A stretch of 62,043 nucleotides of DNA, counting the filler, from Rhabdomonas costata (taxonomy: Eukaryota), in NCBI GenBank assembly GCA_019059605.1. It is 16 parts of 16 records of this genome, joined end to end, with 100 filler letters (N's around TTAATTAATTAA, not from the genome) between each part and the next. Parts side by side here need not be neighbours in the genome. Positions count along the whole stretch, not along the records: positions 58,265 to 62,043 come from JAHMHO010000535.1; 15 more parts are not named here. One strand, written 5' to 3'. The position numbers and the translations under genes were made by a program. Below are positions 61,259 to 62,043 of the stretch, in pieces. Each line of letters starts with the position of its first letter. Position 1 is the stretch's first letter. The notes under the pieces were generated by a model. The model made no database searches and had not been told where the DNA came from. It was given only the letters and a program-made list of their open reading frames with translations.

Positions 61259-62039
61259 GTGAAACCTCACTGGAAACAGCCGTCCTTGATGCACTCCAAC
61301 AATCAAAAGAAAGGGTCAGAGTCATCTGGGAGGTTTGCCCGCCACTGGAATTCCTTCACAGAGCTCTCTAAAATGTCACCACGGCAGCCACCACATGCCC
61401 TGAGAAAGTTCTTCAGGTTACCCCAAGCACCGTCTATGCCTTGAGTAGAAACCACTCGCAACTTCCCGTGAATGGTCTCGCGTCGGGAAAACTCCCCTTT
61501 GCTATGATCCACCTGGGCATTAAAAATACCCATGTCCTTGCAAACAGAGGTGTAGGCCCTGGCACCATCCGTGAAGAGCAAAGTACCCGGGCGGAGCCTC
61601 TCATCCAAAGGGAGGACGTCAGACACGCATGGAGGTCCAAACCTTCGCTCATCAGAGTCCTTTGACACCTTTTCATAAGCCATAACACACATTCGGAACC
61701 GATCAGACCAGGCCGCCACCGTAGGCTTACTCAGACCCAACATATCAACAGCCCGGTCACCACCAGAGTTGTGGGCCCAGAAGTAGGCCATATGGACCCA
61801 TTCCTTCAAAGACAGGTGGGAATGCTGCAGATGCCATCAGCTTTGCCGTAAATTTTCAGATTGCAGCTGCGATCAGCACACCGGCGGTACGCACTTCCAT
61901 GATCAGTGTACCACTTATCACCCAAAGCATGACCACAGGAGCAAGTCTTCATAGGAGCCAGAACTCCATATATCGTTAAAAAAGCAGAAAGCTTCTCATC
62001 GTCAGCACACAACTCCTGGAGCTCAAAAAGAGTAAACAT
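61259..62039 (-). mobile_element. Merlin (IS1595/ISXO2-like) DDE transposase, defective
   Basis: Zn-finger CSC...C...C, HTH (LGLSKPTVAAW..RFR), RPGTLLFTDGARAY, VDHSKGEF, STQGIDGAWGNLK, EFQWR, DPFF. Frameshift near 61810-61835, loss of the V(E/Q)IDE segment and a premature TGA at 61305-61303. Confidence 0.9.
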
Positions 62040-62043
62040 TAGG

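Noticed and set aside
61303..61305. UGA reassigned to Trp
   Set aside because: In-frame TGAs occur only in decayed elements or unresolved models. Conserved Trp codons in the PPase, ABC and sirtuin genes are TGG, and TGA ends the HK and LRR genes at sensible positions.
1..62043. tRNA, rRNA, SL-RNA and snoRNA genes
   Set aside because: The GTTCGA sites I checked lacked cloverleaf context and no rRNA signature was recognised. An Infernal or tRNAscan run is needed to exclude divergent ncRNAs.

Overview
This window is not one locus. It is 16 unrelated contigs of about 3.77-3.84 kb from an intron-rich eukaryotic microbe, joined by 15 artificial 100-bp spacers (N-run + TTAATTAATTAA + N-run), so gene neighbourhoods across spacers mean nothing. 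Contigs: 1-3787, 3888-7673, 7774-11556, 11657-15442, 15543-19324, 19425-23203, 23304-27082, 27183-30958, 31059-34856, 34957-38730, 38831-42602, 42703-46541, 46642-50425 (internal gap 48110-48707), 50526-54295, 54396-58164, 58265-62043. G/T-only contig starts, C/A-only contig ends and terminal fold-back hairpins suggest whole-genome-amplified DNA. By hand-splicing GT/GC-AG introns I recovered parts of a K+-dependent H+-pyrophosphatase, an IP3-receptor channel, DUS4, a CobB/SIRT5-type sirtuin, ABCG/PDR and ABCC/MRP transporters, a hybrid histidine kinase, a DMT transporter, SPRY, SET and two LRR proteins, a multi-cold-shock-domain + DUF3825-like protein, several unknown genes and a defective Merlin/IS1595 transposase. 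A free-living euglenozoan (euglenid-like) source is a tentative inference. The most interesting items are the bacterial-type CSD-DUF3825 protein, a sirtuin whose N- and C-terminal exons lie on opposite strands, and DUS4 starting head-to-head against internal IP3R exons. The last two may be amplification chimeras. I cannot claim a demonstrated new system from sequence alone. No rRNA, tRNA or CRISPR array was recognised.
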